Translations under genes and position numbers: made by a program
DNA from: a bacterium
Lineage (GTDB): Bacteria > SAR324 > NAC60-12
Assembly: GCA_965209155.1 (NCBI GenBank)
Contig: OZ242383.1
Coordinates: forward strand, 2,848,001-2,912,000
Direction: 5' to 3'
Length of the DNA stretch: 64,000 nucleotides
Part shown: piece after piece, positions 29,205 to 38,693 of the stretch
Layout: the number at the start of each line of letters is the position of its first letter
How positions within the stretch are numbered: the first letter of the stretch is position 1
The notes under the pieces: generated by a model
Database searches by the model: none
What the model was told of the DNA's origin: nothing
Seen by the model: only the letters and a program-made list of their open reading frames with translations

Positions 29205-30533
29205 ATGAGCATGACTGCAGAAGAAAACAAAATCTTCCTTCCAGAGACGCGGATTCCGAAGGATTGGTACAATCTGGTGGCAGACCTTCCTTTCGACGTG
29301 CCCCGGCCAATGCACCCTACGGAGAATCGATGCGTCGAGATCGACGACTATGACTGGTTATGGCCGCTCGAGTGTCTTCGAATCGAGTTACAGCAAGGCA
29401 AGTACGGCGCCGATACGTGGATTGAGATCCCAAAGTTCGTCTCAGACGTTTATCGTCGCTACCGGCCCTCTCCCTTGGTGAGAGCTCGCTCACTCGAGAA
29501 GTACCTGGGGACCCCTGCTGAGATTTACTATAAGCGGGAAGACCTGAATCCGGCAGGCAGCCACAAGTTCAATACGGCATTGGTACAAGCGTACTATGCC
29601 GCCTCCGAAGGAAACTCACGCATCCATAGCATGGTCACGGACACGGGTGCGGGCCAATGGGGTGCGGCTTTAGCCATGGCGTGCGAAACTCTCGGACTGA
29701 ATTGCTGCGTGTTCATGATCCGAAAGAGTTTTGACGAGAAACCGTATCGTCGCATCCTGATGCGCATGGCAGGCGCGGAGGTCTATCCCTCACCCAGTGA
29801 ATTGACGGATACGGGTAGCAGCATTCTGAAAGATGATCCGGAAAATTCCGGCAGTCTCGGAATTGGCATGAGTGAAGCCATCGAGTACGTCAAGGCGGAT
29901 AGCGGCAGGCGATTAGCGCTGGGGTGTATGTCTTACTATGCCGTACTGCACCAGTCCATCATCGGTTTGGAAACGAAGCTGCAGCTCGAGCAAGTTGATC
30001 GATCACCGGACCTGATGATCGGGTGCGTCGGCGGAGGCAGTAATTTCACGGGATTCATCGCACCCTTCGTTCGTGAAAAGCTTAACGGGAGTTCAATCGA
30101 GTTTCGCGCCATCGAACCGGATTCGATTCCGACACTGAGTCAAGGTGAGTACCGGTATGACTGGGCCGACTTTTCAGAGTTAACTCCCCGTATCCTCATG
30201 TATACGCTCGGTCACCGATTCGTTCCGCCTCCAGTACACTCCGGCGGGTTGCGCTATCACGGAAAGACACCCGTACTATCCGCACTGGTCAAGAACAAGG
30301 TGGTCCGGACGCAGACGTACAGCCAGAAGGAAGTCTTCGACGCAGGACGCTTATTTCTGAGGACTGAAGGCGTACTTGCCGCACCCGAGAGCTCTCATGC
30401 GATTCTGGGTGCGATCGATGCCGCGAAACACGCCGATCAAACTAAACAGAAGAAGATAATCGTGTTTTGTTTATCGGGTCATGGGTACCTGGACTTGAAG
30501 GGCTTTTCGGATGTCCTTGACCTCGACTCATAG
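29205..30533 (+). CDS. TrpB2-like PLP-dependent enzyme (divergent)
   Basis: YRPSPLVRA, GSHKFNTA (PLP Lys), TGAGQWG, CVGGGSN, GGLRYHG, APESSHA and LSGHG motifs. Confidence 0.9.
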   Translation: MSMTAEENKIFLPETRIPKDWYNLVADLPFDVPRPMHPTENRCVEIDDYDWLWPLECLRIELQQGKYGADTWIEIPKFVSDVYRRYRPSPLVRARSLEKYLGTPAEIYYKREDLNPAGSHKFNTALVQAYYAASEGNSRIHSMVTDTGAGQWGAALAMACETLGLNCCVFMIRKSFDEKPYRRILMRMAGAEVYPSPSELTDTGSSILKDDPENSGSLGIGMSEAIEYVKADSGRRLALGCMSYYAVLHQSIIGLETKLQLEQVDRSPDLMIGCVGGGSNFTGFIAPFVREKLNGSSIEFRAIEPDSIPTLSQGEYRYDWADFSELTPRILMYTLGHRFVPPPVHSGGLRYHGKTPVLSALVKNKVVRTQTYSQKEVFDAGRLFLRTEGVLAAPESSHAILGAIDAAKHADQTKQKKIIVFCLSGHGYLDLKGFSDVLDLDS

Positions 30534-31533
30534 AATCAGTACGCCCTCGCGCATACATTTCACGCTGATCGACATGAATGGTGAAATCGGTCGTGTTGAT
30601 GGCAGCCTCGGCCTTTCACTCCAATACCCGGGCGTTGTTCTCGACTTCCGCACGAACGAGCGGACTGTTGTACGTGGTGGTGATATCAGCGAACGACGAC
30701 TGGTGGCGGCCGAACTGAGCGCGAGTAGTCAAATATTGCAGGTAGAGCCGGAAATTGAGATCATTATCCGAGAAATGATTCCCCCGCACCAGGGATTGGG
30801 TTCGGGCACGCAGCTAAGACTGGCAGTGCTGACTGCATTGAACCATCGATTCGGGTTGGACTACTCTCCCGCAATGCTTGCAGCAATGTCGACCCGAGGG
30901 GGTACGTCGGGTATAGGCGTCAACGCCTTTCAAGTCGGAGGATTCCTTCTTGACGGTGGTCATTCGATAGACTCCCGGAAGAAATCGTTCGCACCGTCCC
31001 ATTACGCTACGGGAGCAGGACAACCGCCACTCTTGTTGCGTTATGAATTTCCTCATTCTTGGGGGATTGCACTATTCATCCCGGAACGCATCCATGGTTT
31101 ATCCGGCGCGGATGAGCTCGAGTTCATGTTGTCGAACACTCCAATCCCAATTTGCGAGGTCCAATCGGTCTCGCACGTCATCTTGATGCGTCTCCTGCCT
31201 GCGCTGCGAGAGGCCGACATCGAAGCTTTTGGCTCGTCAGTGAGCGCCCTTCAGGAAACAGGATGGAAGAGGCGACATTGGAGGCGGCACGAAATTGAAC
31301 CGCTTCAATCCGTACGTTCGGCGTTCCATGAGACCACCGGCGTCTTTGGATGCAGTCTCTCGTCGACGGGTGCGACAATTTTCGGCTTTTTCGACACGAA
31401 AAAGTTCGCAGATGACAAAATATCAGGAAATCTGCGCAACGCTCTAAAAAGACACGAGGCCGTGCCCGGACGAGTGCTATGTACCCGTGCGAACAATACC
31501 GGAATGCGGTTAGAAACAATAGAAGGCGAGTAA
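30511..31533 (+). CDS. Beta-ribofuranosylaminobenzene 5'-phosphate synthase-like protein (GHMP fold)
   Basis: TPSRIHFTLIDMNG..GRVDG, PPHQGLGSGTQ and RGGTSGIG..AF..GGF..DGGH motifs. Confidence 0.85.
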   Translation: MSLTSTHRISTPSRIHFTLIDMNGEIGRVDGSLGLSLQYPGVVLDFRTNERTVVRGGDISERRLVAAELSASSQILQVEPEIEIIIREMIPPHQGLGSGTQLRLAVLTALNHRFGLDYSPAMLAAMSTRGGTSGIGVNAFQVGGFLLDGGHSIDSRKKSFAPSHYATGAGQPPLLLRYEFPHSWGIALFIPERIHGLSGADELEFMLSNTPIPICEVQSVSHVILMRLLPALREADIEAFGSSVSALQETGWKRRHWRRHEIEPLQSVRSAFHETTGVFGCSLSSTGATIFGFFDTKKFADDKISGNLRNALKRHEAVPGRVLCTRANNTGMRLETIEGE

Positions 31534-31727
31534 AAATCCGCCGATGCTGGTTTGGTTCTTAACGTGTTATATGTAGAGGATCATAAAATTAAGAACTCTT
31601 AAGGTACCATAACCCTTGTTCTTTCCTGAATAAAACAACCGTGGGGATATGGAAATTTCAGATGTAATCTGATATATTTCAAATTGAGACACTAGCGAAG
31701 CCAAAACCTTAAAAAAAGGATTCAAAA

Positions 31728-32261
31728 ATGAAAAAATCAGTATCAATCATCATATTGTCAGGAGTGCTGGGATTGACCACCGTTCTTTCCGATTTACGAC
31801 CTGTCCATGCCATTAACCATAATATCATGGCAAGTGAAGTGGTAGACAGGGAAACCCTGAGGGGATTCGTATACGCTGCCAAAATGTATATAGAAAATCT
31901 CGGTAAAGATGTTTGGGAATTCCTTGACAAAGAAGCCCGAATAGAAGGGCATTGGAAACATGGATCAATCTATCTTTTTATCGGAACCGAGGAGGGAGAC
32001 GTCCTCTTTCACGGCGACAATCCGGGTCTCGAAGGTCAGAACCTGATGGGCCTTGAAGATTCAAACGGGGTTAAAATAACACATGAAATCATCAAAGCGG
32101 CAAATAGTGGAGGAGACTATATCGAGTATCTTATTGACAATCCCACCATAGAAGGGGATGAAAAACTGGGGTCTCCCAAGGTCGCTTTCGCTACATTCAT
32201 CAGTTTACCAGAACTAGGAGATGACAAGCAATTGATTATCGGTTCCGGATTTTTCAAATAA
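31728..32261 (+). CDS. Secreted single Cache-domain protein
   Basis: Signal peptide; GSIYLF, FHG, G.NL..LEDSNG and SPK motifs. Confidence 0.75.
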   Translation: MKKSVSIIILSGVLGLTTVLSDLRPVHAINHNIMASEVVDRETLRGFVYAAKMYIENLGKDVWEFLDKEARIEGHWKHGSIYLFIGTEEGDVLFHGDNPGLEGQNLMGLEDSNGVKITHEIIKAANSGGDYIEYLIDNPTIEGDEKLGSPKVAFATFISLPELGDDKQLIIGSGFFK

Positions 32262-32361
32262 TCCTTAAAAAGGCGAACAAATGGAATCTCTAGTCAATTT
32301 GTCGAGAACTTTTTTGGGTCTGCGTGTGATGAAAGATCCTCGCGCTGCCGGAATTTCTGCC

Positions 32362-34317
32362 ATGAAACGAATCCTTGCGACAGCCGCCATTCTCTCTGTC
32401 GCAGCTTTCGCGGGCGCCCAGGAGCCTGGTGGAATGATCGAATGGCCATACGTCGGTTCCGACCAGGCACATACCAAGTATTCCACCGCTGACGAGATCA
32501 CGGCTGCCAACGTCGGTGAACTTAAAATCGCCTGGCAATGGGAGCCCAACGAAATGCCACTCGAGAAGTACGGCACGCGACCGGGTCCATTCCAAGCAAC
32601 GCCCATCATGGTCGGAAACGTCTTGTACCTCTCGACCATGTACACGCGGGTGGTGGCTCTCGATGCGGAGACGGGCATCGAGCTGTGGATCTTCGATCCC
32701 AAGGCTTATGCAGGTGGCCCCAAAGGCGCCGGGCCAAGCGGATTCAAGCACCGGGGCATCGCCTACTGGAGCGACGGGAACGAGGAACGCATTTTCCTCA
32801 ACAGCCGCGACCGGATGTATGCAATCAATGCCGAGACCGGTGAACTGGACACGGACTTCGGTGAAAGCGGAAGTGTTTTGCTGACCGAGGGCCATGGCCG
32901 CCCGGTTACTCGTCACGAATTCGACCAGACCTCACCGCCAGTAGTGTTCGAGGACCTGGTGATCGTGGGCAGCCGGGTGCCCGACCGGTTGCAGCGAAAG
33001 TTCGACCCGCCCGGTACCGTGCAGGCCTTCGATGTACGAACGGGCGAGCGTCTCTGGGTTTTTTTCACCATCCCTCAATCGAACGATGACTTCGGTGCGG
33101 AAACCTGGGAAAACGAGTCGTGGCGTTACACCGGCCACGCCAACGTGTGGGGGTTGATGTCGCTTGATGTCGAGCGTCAACTGCTGTACGTACCAACGAG
33201 TACGCCGAGCAGCGATTACTGGGGCGGCCGCCGGGTCGGGGCAAACCTCTTTGCGGAGTCGTTGGTATGTCTTGACGCGCGCACGGGCGAGCGGCGATGG
33301 CACTTCCAGGCCGTGCACCACGGCGTGTGGGACTACGACTTGGCCGCGGCGCCGAACCTCATCACGATCACGTTGGACGAGCGTCGGATCGACGCGGTGG
33401 CGCAAGTATCCAAGCACGGCTTTACCTATGTGTTCGACCGGGAAACGGGGGAACCGGTGTGGCCGATCGAGGAGCGTCCAGTGGACACGAAGACGGACGT
33501 GCCGGGCGAGGTACTGTATCCGACGCAGCCCTTCCCGACCAAGCCTCCGCCCTTCAGCCGACAAGGGGTTTCGTTAGAGGACGCGAACGACCTGACCCCG
33601 GAGATCCACGCAATCGCGGTGGAGGAGATGCAGCGTTTCCGATTGGGTCCCCTGTTCACGCCACCAAGCCTTCAGGGTACTCTCCAGCGCCCGGGAGCAA
33701 GCGGAGGTGCGAACTGGGGAGGAGCGGCATTCGACCCAGGGTCCGGATTACTGTACGTGCGGACGTCGGAAGACGCCGACACGAACCAGGTGTGCTTGAA
33801 TGCGGGCAACGACCCGGAGGTCGACGTCCAGTACAGCAACAATTGTCCCTACGGGGCGACACTAATTATGTTTCGGGAGGCTGATGGACCGGGCGCCGCG
33901 CAGACCCCGGAGAGCAAGCTCGGTCCGATTCCGCTCATCAAACCGCCATACGCGCACCTGGTGGCAATCGATCTCAATATTGGCGAAATTGCATGGAAGG
34001 TACCGTTCGGCGAAGGAAGCCCCAGTGTGCGTGAGCACCCACTGTTGCATGGGGTCAAGCTTCCGGAGCGGCTCGGTACGCGTGGCAATTCCGGCCCGAT
34101 GGTGACCAGGGGAGGGCTCGTCTTCCTTGGCGGAGGCGAACCCTACCTGTACGCTTTCGACAAGGCGACGGGCGCCGAGGTCTGGCGAGGCGCGACGCCA
34201 TTTCGGACAAACGCGAACCCGATGACTTATCGCGCACGGTCGGGGCGGCAGTTCGTCGTCATCGCGACAGGTGCCGGTCCCGACGCTGCGCTCGTCGCCT
34301 TTGCGCGAGTCGAATAG
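32362..34317 (+). CDS. PQQ-dependent dehydrogenase (quinoprotein glucose dehydrogenase-like)
   Basis: FQATP, WHFQAVHHGVWDYD, GGANWGG and PMTY motifs; tryptophan docking repeats. Confidence 0.9.
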   Translation: MKRILATAAILSVAAFAGAQEPGGMIEWPYVGSDQAHTKYSTADEITAANVGELKIAWQWEPNEMPLEKYGTRPGPFQATPIMVGNVLYLSTMYTRVVALDAETGIELWIFDPKAYAGGPKGAGPSGFKHRGIAYWSDGNEERIFLNSRDRMYAINAETGELDTDFGESGSVLLTEGHGRPVTRHEFDQTSPPVVFEDLVIVGSRVPDRLQRKFDPPGTVQAFDVRTGERLWVFFTIPQSNDDFGAETWENESWRYTGHANVWGLMSLDVERQLLYVPTSTPSSDYWGGRRVGANLFAESLVCLDARTGERRWHFQAVHHGVWDYDLAAAPNLITITLDERRIDAVAQVSKHGFTYVFDRETGEPVWPIEERPVDTKTDVPGEVLYPTQPFPTKPPPFSRQGVSLEDANDLTPEIHAIAVEEMQRFRLGPLFTPPSLQGTLQRPGASGGANWGGAAFDPGSGLLYVRTSEDADTNQVCLNAGNDPEVDVQYSNNCPYGATLIMFREADGPGAAQTPESKLGPIPLIKPPYAHLVAIDLNIGEIAWKVPFGEGSPSVREHPLLHGVKLPERLGTRGNSGPMVTRGGLVFLGGGEPYLYAFDKATGAEVWRGATPFRTNANPMTYRARSGRQFVVIATGAGPDAALVAFARVE

Positions 34318-34429
34318 CCGGCTACGAATATTTCAAACCGTGATTCTTCAACTCTGCAATGAATAATTGAATACCTCGACTAAGGTCGGGATAAGACGCC
34401 GGTAGCGGTCGATATACCGCAGCCAAGGG

Positions 34430-35425
34430 TCAGTTACCGTCACGCTCGAGATAGATCCCGGAGCCGATGACCCCCTTTTGGTCCGTGTTGGGTACCGGGA
34501 AACTCACCGCGTAACCGAGCTTCGGCGAACCGGTGTCCTCATCTCCTTCGATGGCCGGGTTGTCGTAGTGATAGCGCAGGAACTTCCGACCTTCGCGCCG
34601 CGCACCTCCGATCAGTTCCTCTGCGAACCTCACTCCCTTGGAGTCCGTCCTCGTCATGTCCGTGGTCTTGCCTTCGCGAAACGGCTCCGATCCGTGAAAC
34701 AGGGTGACCCCTCCGGCACTCACGACGTACAGGTAAATGGAGCCTGATTTCCAGTCCCCTCCTTCCACCCGGAAAGCGTTTCTGACTCCGGTGAGATTGC
34801 TGTAACCTTCGGACATGACGGCTTCACGGTATGCCTTGGCCGCTTCTTCGACGAAGGTGATGAGTGTCTCGCGATCCACGACTTGCGATGCGACGACGGC
34901 AGGCTTTGGCAGATCCGCAATATGGATTGGGACATGCGAGACATCCTACGAATAGCCTCCAACCAGCACGAATCGTCTTGCGGTGATCCCGGAGGTGTAT
35001 TCGACAGCGTATGCCGTCTTTGGCCCCCCATCGTGGTATTCGACGAAACCGCCGCCTCTGGCAGCGGCCGCGAGGAGTTCCTCGACGACCTTGGTGCCGC
35101 GCTCGTCCTCGACGTCAAGCAGGTTTTTACTCTCCGCCGTGCGATCGTTTCCGTGGATGAATGGCTCCCCGCTCTTGAGGAAGATGACGAGGAACATCGA
35201 TCCGGCCTTCCAGTCGCCCTCCATTCTCAGCTTTTCCCTGAGCTTCGCTCCTTCATTCATGTCCGTGATCGCCTCGATATGCGCCTTCGCCCCTTCGACG
35301 AAGGCCTTGAGGGTTTCATCGTCCCTGACCTGGGCCGCAGTCGGCTCGGCCCCGGCAGTTGCGTTCGCCAACATGACCGATGCCAGAACGACAAGTACCA
35401 GCCCAGCTATCAAGTTCAATCGCAT
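34430..35425 (-). pseudogene. Tandem Cache-domain secreted protein interrupted by an in-frame TAG
   Basis: The ORFs ending at 34946 and 34430 share a frame; only TAG at 34946-34948 separates GGYS from DVSHVP. Confidence 0.75.
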
Positions 35426-35790
35426 TGCATTCTCCTTAATGAGTTTCCGTTTGAAAAATTCATAATTCGAATTTATTTGATTTTCAATTCGTATTTTATT
35501 CAAATCCATCTCGCCTCCCCAATAAATTGTATTTTCCTCGAATATTGGTAATTGTCAGAAGACTATTCATACAGTCACAATGATAATGAAATATTCCTCT
35601 ATTTTTTGTTATTTATTTGGGAATTATATACAAAGTTAACCATGGATTTGCAGGCCGGGCGCTACGCCTCGCCTAATCCCAGTCCAAAAATAATAAACAA
35701 AAATGAATAAAAACGCATTTTTTTGTTGACAGACTGTGATTTATTGGTTAATATACTTCTAAAATTATTAACTTTTCATGGAGTTGAAAA

Positions 35791-36723
35791 ATGGCAGAAG
35801 CACCCGGAAAAAATCACAGAAAAGGCATCACGGTTTTGGAACTGATGGACATGTTCCCAGATGACAAGACGGCTGAAAAAATGTTCATTGATAAGCGATG
35901 GCCTGATGGGATACGATGTGCACATTGTGAAAGCGAGCGAATTATAAAGTATGAAAATTCTAAAAATCCGATGCCGTTTCGTTGTAAAGATTGTAGGAAG
36001 TTTTTTTCAGTGAAGACCGGAACGGCTATGGAAGCTTCTAAAATTGGTTACCGGAAGTGGGCTTTCGCTTTCTATCTGATGGCCACGAATATCAAAGGGG
36101 TTGCCAGTATGAAGCTATACCGGGAATTGGGATTTACTCAAAAAACGGCATGGTTTGTCAATCATAGAATCCGGGAATGCTGGAATAATAACAAACCTCT
36201 TTTTAATGGTCCGGTTGAAATGGACGAGACTTATGTAGGGGGTAAGGAATCTCTGAAACATGAGTCTAAAAAGAAGAAAGAGGGACGGGGTACGGTTGGC
36301 AAATCCCCAGTTGTAGGTATTAAGGATCGAGAGACCGGACAAGTGGTAGCCACCGCAACGGAAGATACAAAGAAGCCGGTTATTGAGAAGATGATCCAGG
36401 AATATGTAAAACAAAATTCCATGATTTATACAGACGAAGCTACCGTTTATAAGGGGCTTCCTAATCATGAATCTGTCCGGCATAGCCACGATGAATACGT
36501 GAGAGGAGATGTCCATACTGCTGGTATTGATTCCTTCTGGAGTATGCTCAAAAGGGGACACAAAGGGACATATCACAAAATGAGTGCCAAGCATTTGGAT
36601 CGCTATGTTAAGGAATTTGCTGGTAGGCAAAATCAGCGAGAGCTTGATACCCTGGCACAAATCGAATCAATGGCCAAAGGCATGGAAGGAAAACGGCTTA
36701 AGTATAAAAATCTGATAGCTTGA
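35791..36723 (+). CDS. IS1595-family transposase
   Basis: CxxC..CxxC zinc ribbon; VEMDETY, YTDE and YVKEF motifs. Confidence 0.95.
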   Translation: MAEAPGKNHRKGITVLELMDMFPDDKTAEKMFIDKRWPDGIRCAHCESERIIKYENSKNPMPFRCKDCRKFFSVKTGTAMEASKIGYRKWAFAFYLMATNIKGVASMKLYRELGFTQKTAWFVNHRIRECWNNNKPLFNGPVEMDETYVGGKESLKHESKKKKEGRGTVGKSPVVGIKDRETGQVVATATEDTKKPVIEKMIQEYVKQNSMIYTDEATVYKGLPNHESVRHSHDEYVRGDVHTAGIDSFWSMLKRGHKGTYHKMSAKHLDRYVKEFAGRQNQRELDTLAQIESMAKGMEGKRLKYKNLIA

Positions 36724-36798
36724 ATATTTGCATTCCTGCATGATCAGATTAGCTACTTGATTGTGAAGGAATGTCAACAATATATCAGGAGATTTAAA

Positions 36799-36957
36799 AT
36801 GAAAACAAAAGAGAAGAAAAAAGTAGGAAGACCCGCCAAGCCGATGCCGGAAAAGATTAACGCAACGGCAGACGAGATCATAACTGTGTTTTTAAAATCC
36901 CCGCCCCGGCGTTCTGATCAATGGAAATTTATGCAGAAGGAAGAAAGTAAAGAGTAG
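36799..36957 (+). CDS. Small basic passenger ORF inside IS1595
   Basis: 52 aa, AGGAG RBS, GRP motif. Confidence 0.55.
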   Translation: MKTKEKKKVGRPAKPMPEKINATADEIITVFLKSPPRRSDQWKFMQKEESKE

Positions 36958-37272
36958 GCCGTGATTACTCTTTACGTTGGGATGTCAAGTGTGTGAATCC
37001 GTGGTTAACTTTGTATATAATTCCCATTTATTTCATTGATAAAAACTTGTCAACACTAATCCAAGGAAGAGGGACAGTCTTTTCATTTGATTGTTTGAGG
37101 ACACCTGCAATATCTTGTATCAGTCGCATAGCACCTGCCCTGTGTGGCGCAGTAGCCTCCGCAGCTTCCCGGATGCGTTTTTAAGTGATGGATCGCAATA
37201 GCATTTCAGGAGTTTAACTTGTGGAAACAGGTCCGGAGTGTGAAGTCAATTTCCACGTGCTTCCAGTTCTGC

Positions 37273-38523
37273 TTAAATTGCAGCATGTTCGACTTGAATC
37301 CAAAACGCTTCGACTCCACGCAGGACGGAGCGTTCCTGAAAAGTGGGTTCATGGAGCAGTTGAATGGAGGAGAAACGATCGAGCATCCGGGAGAAAGCAA
37401 CACGCGCTTCAAGAATAGCCAAGGGTGCCCCCAAGCAGTAGTGGATGCCACGCCCAAAAGAGAGATGTTTCGGTTCCTGTCGTCCAATGTCGAACACATC
37501 CGCATTCGTGAAGGCTGCCGGATCGCGATTGGCTGCGCCAATCAGGCAGATCACCCGTTGTCCTGCCTTGATTTTCTTATTTCCTATATACACATCCTGC
37601 AGCGCCTTTCGACTGTCTAACTGCACGGGACTGTCGTAGCGGAGCATCTCATTGATTGCGGGGACCATGAGGTTCGAATCATCACGCAGTCGCTGAAGCT
37701 GGCTGGGATGTCTGAGTAGAGCGAGCATTCCGTTGCCTAGGAGATTGCGTGTGGTTTCGTGGCCTGCGACGAGCAGGAGAAGCAACGTGTCGATCAATTC
37801 CTGATGAGTCAGACGGTCGCCCTCAATTTCGGCTGCAATCAATGCGCTGGTCATATCGTTTTGAAGATCGCGACGACGATGCTCTATCAAATGCTCAAAG
37901 TAATCTTCAAGACTTTTCCTGGCCTCCACAATCCGGCTGCTTTGTTCGTCGTTCAGGATGGGTTCGATGCTGAGCGCTATGTCATGCGACCATTTTTTAA
38001 ACAGGTCGATGTCCTCGGTAGGAACACCCAGCATCTCGGCGATGACCATAACGGGTAGGGGATAAGCGAACATTGAGATCAAGTCGAAGCGATCTTGGTT
38101 CTTGGTGGCATCGAGCAAATCATCCACGATTCGATGGATACCCGGTTCCAATGCAGCCACTGAACGAGGCGTGAATGCTTTTGACACCAAGGACCTCAGT
38201 CTCGTGTGGTCTGGAGGGTCCACGAACAACATATTCTTGAAGTCGATGGCGCTGTTCCAGGTATCTCGACCAAAAATAGTATGGTTCTTGAGAACCTGTT
38301 CCATGTCTTCGTATCGAGTGAGGACCCATCCGTTGATAAGCCGGAGTCGATGAATGGGGTCCTTTTCGCGAAGTTGCGCATACTTATCGTAAGGATATCG
38401 CTGGACCTCTTTCGAGATCGGGTTGTAGCTCACACCCGACTCCAAGCGCTCCCATGCTAGTAGCGCGGGTATTATTATAGGTTGAACGACGTTCTGAACT
38501 GTCTTGGAAATATCACTCATCAT
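37273..38523 (-). CDS. Cytochrome P450
   Basis: DPPDHTRLR, AGHETT, EMLR and FGRGIHYCLG motifs. Confidence 0.95.
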   Translation of the reverse strand: MMSDISKTVQNVVQPIIIPALLAWERLESGVSYNPISKEVQRYPYDKYAQLREKDPIHRLRLINGWVLTRYEDMEQVLKNHTIFGRDTWNSAIDFKNMLFVDPPDHTRLRSLVSKAFTPRSVAALEPGIHRIVDDLLDATKNQDRFDLISMFAYPLPVMVIAEMLGVPTEDIDLFKKWSHDIALSIEPILNDEQSSRIVEARKSLEDYFEHLIEHRRRDLQNDMTSALIAAEIEGDRLTHQELIDTLLLLLVAGHETTRNLLGNGMLALLRHPSQLQRLRDDSNLMVPAINEMLRYDSPVQLDSRKALQDVYIGNKKIKAGQRVICLIGAANRDPAAFTNADVFDIGRQEPKHLSFGRGIHYCLGAPLAILEARVAFSRMLDRFSSIQLLHEPTFQERSVLRGVEAFWIQVEHAAI

Positions 38524-38693
38524 AACACAGAATATTTCTGAGGATTGTGAAAATAATGAAATTTATTTAACTATAGAATCGCAAACTTCACTCCAAATAC
38601 CAATGCAATAATGAGAGAGCCTGTTATTTCTCTGGTCTCTTTTTGATACCCCGTCAGCCAATGAAGTGGTCATTATTCAACGCCGCTTGTGAA

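Larger units (their letters stand above)
35619..37025 (+). mobile_element. IS1595-family insertion sequence
   Basis: 30-bp TIR GGGAATTATATACAAAGTTAACCA(T/C)GGATT with 29/30 match; 8-bp TSD ATTTATTT. Confidence 0.95.

Noticed and set aside
30511..31533. Tetrahydromethanopterin/C1 gene cluster
   Set aside because: No mch, mtd, fae or other pathway genes nearby; only the single homolog is supported.
32290..33884. Long antisense and alternate-frame ORFs (also within 7551-10400 and 27924-28721)
   Set aside because: Shadow ORFs of GC-rich real genes, with no recognisable motifs.
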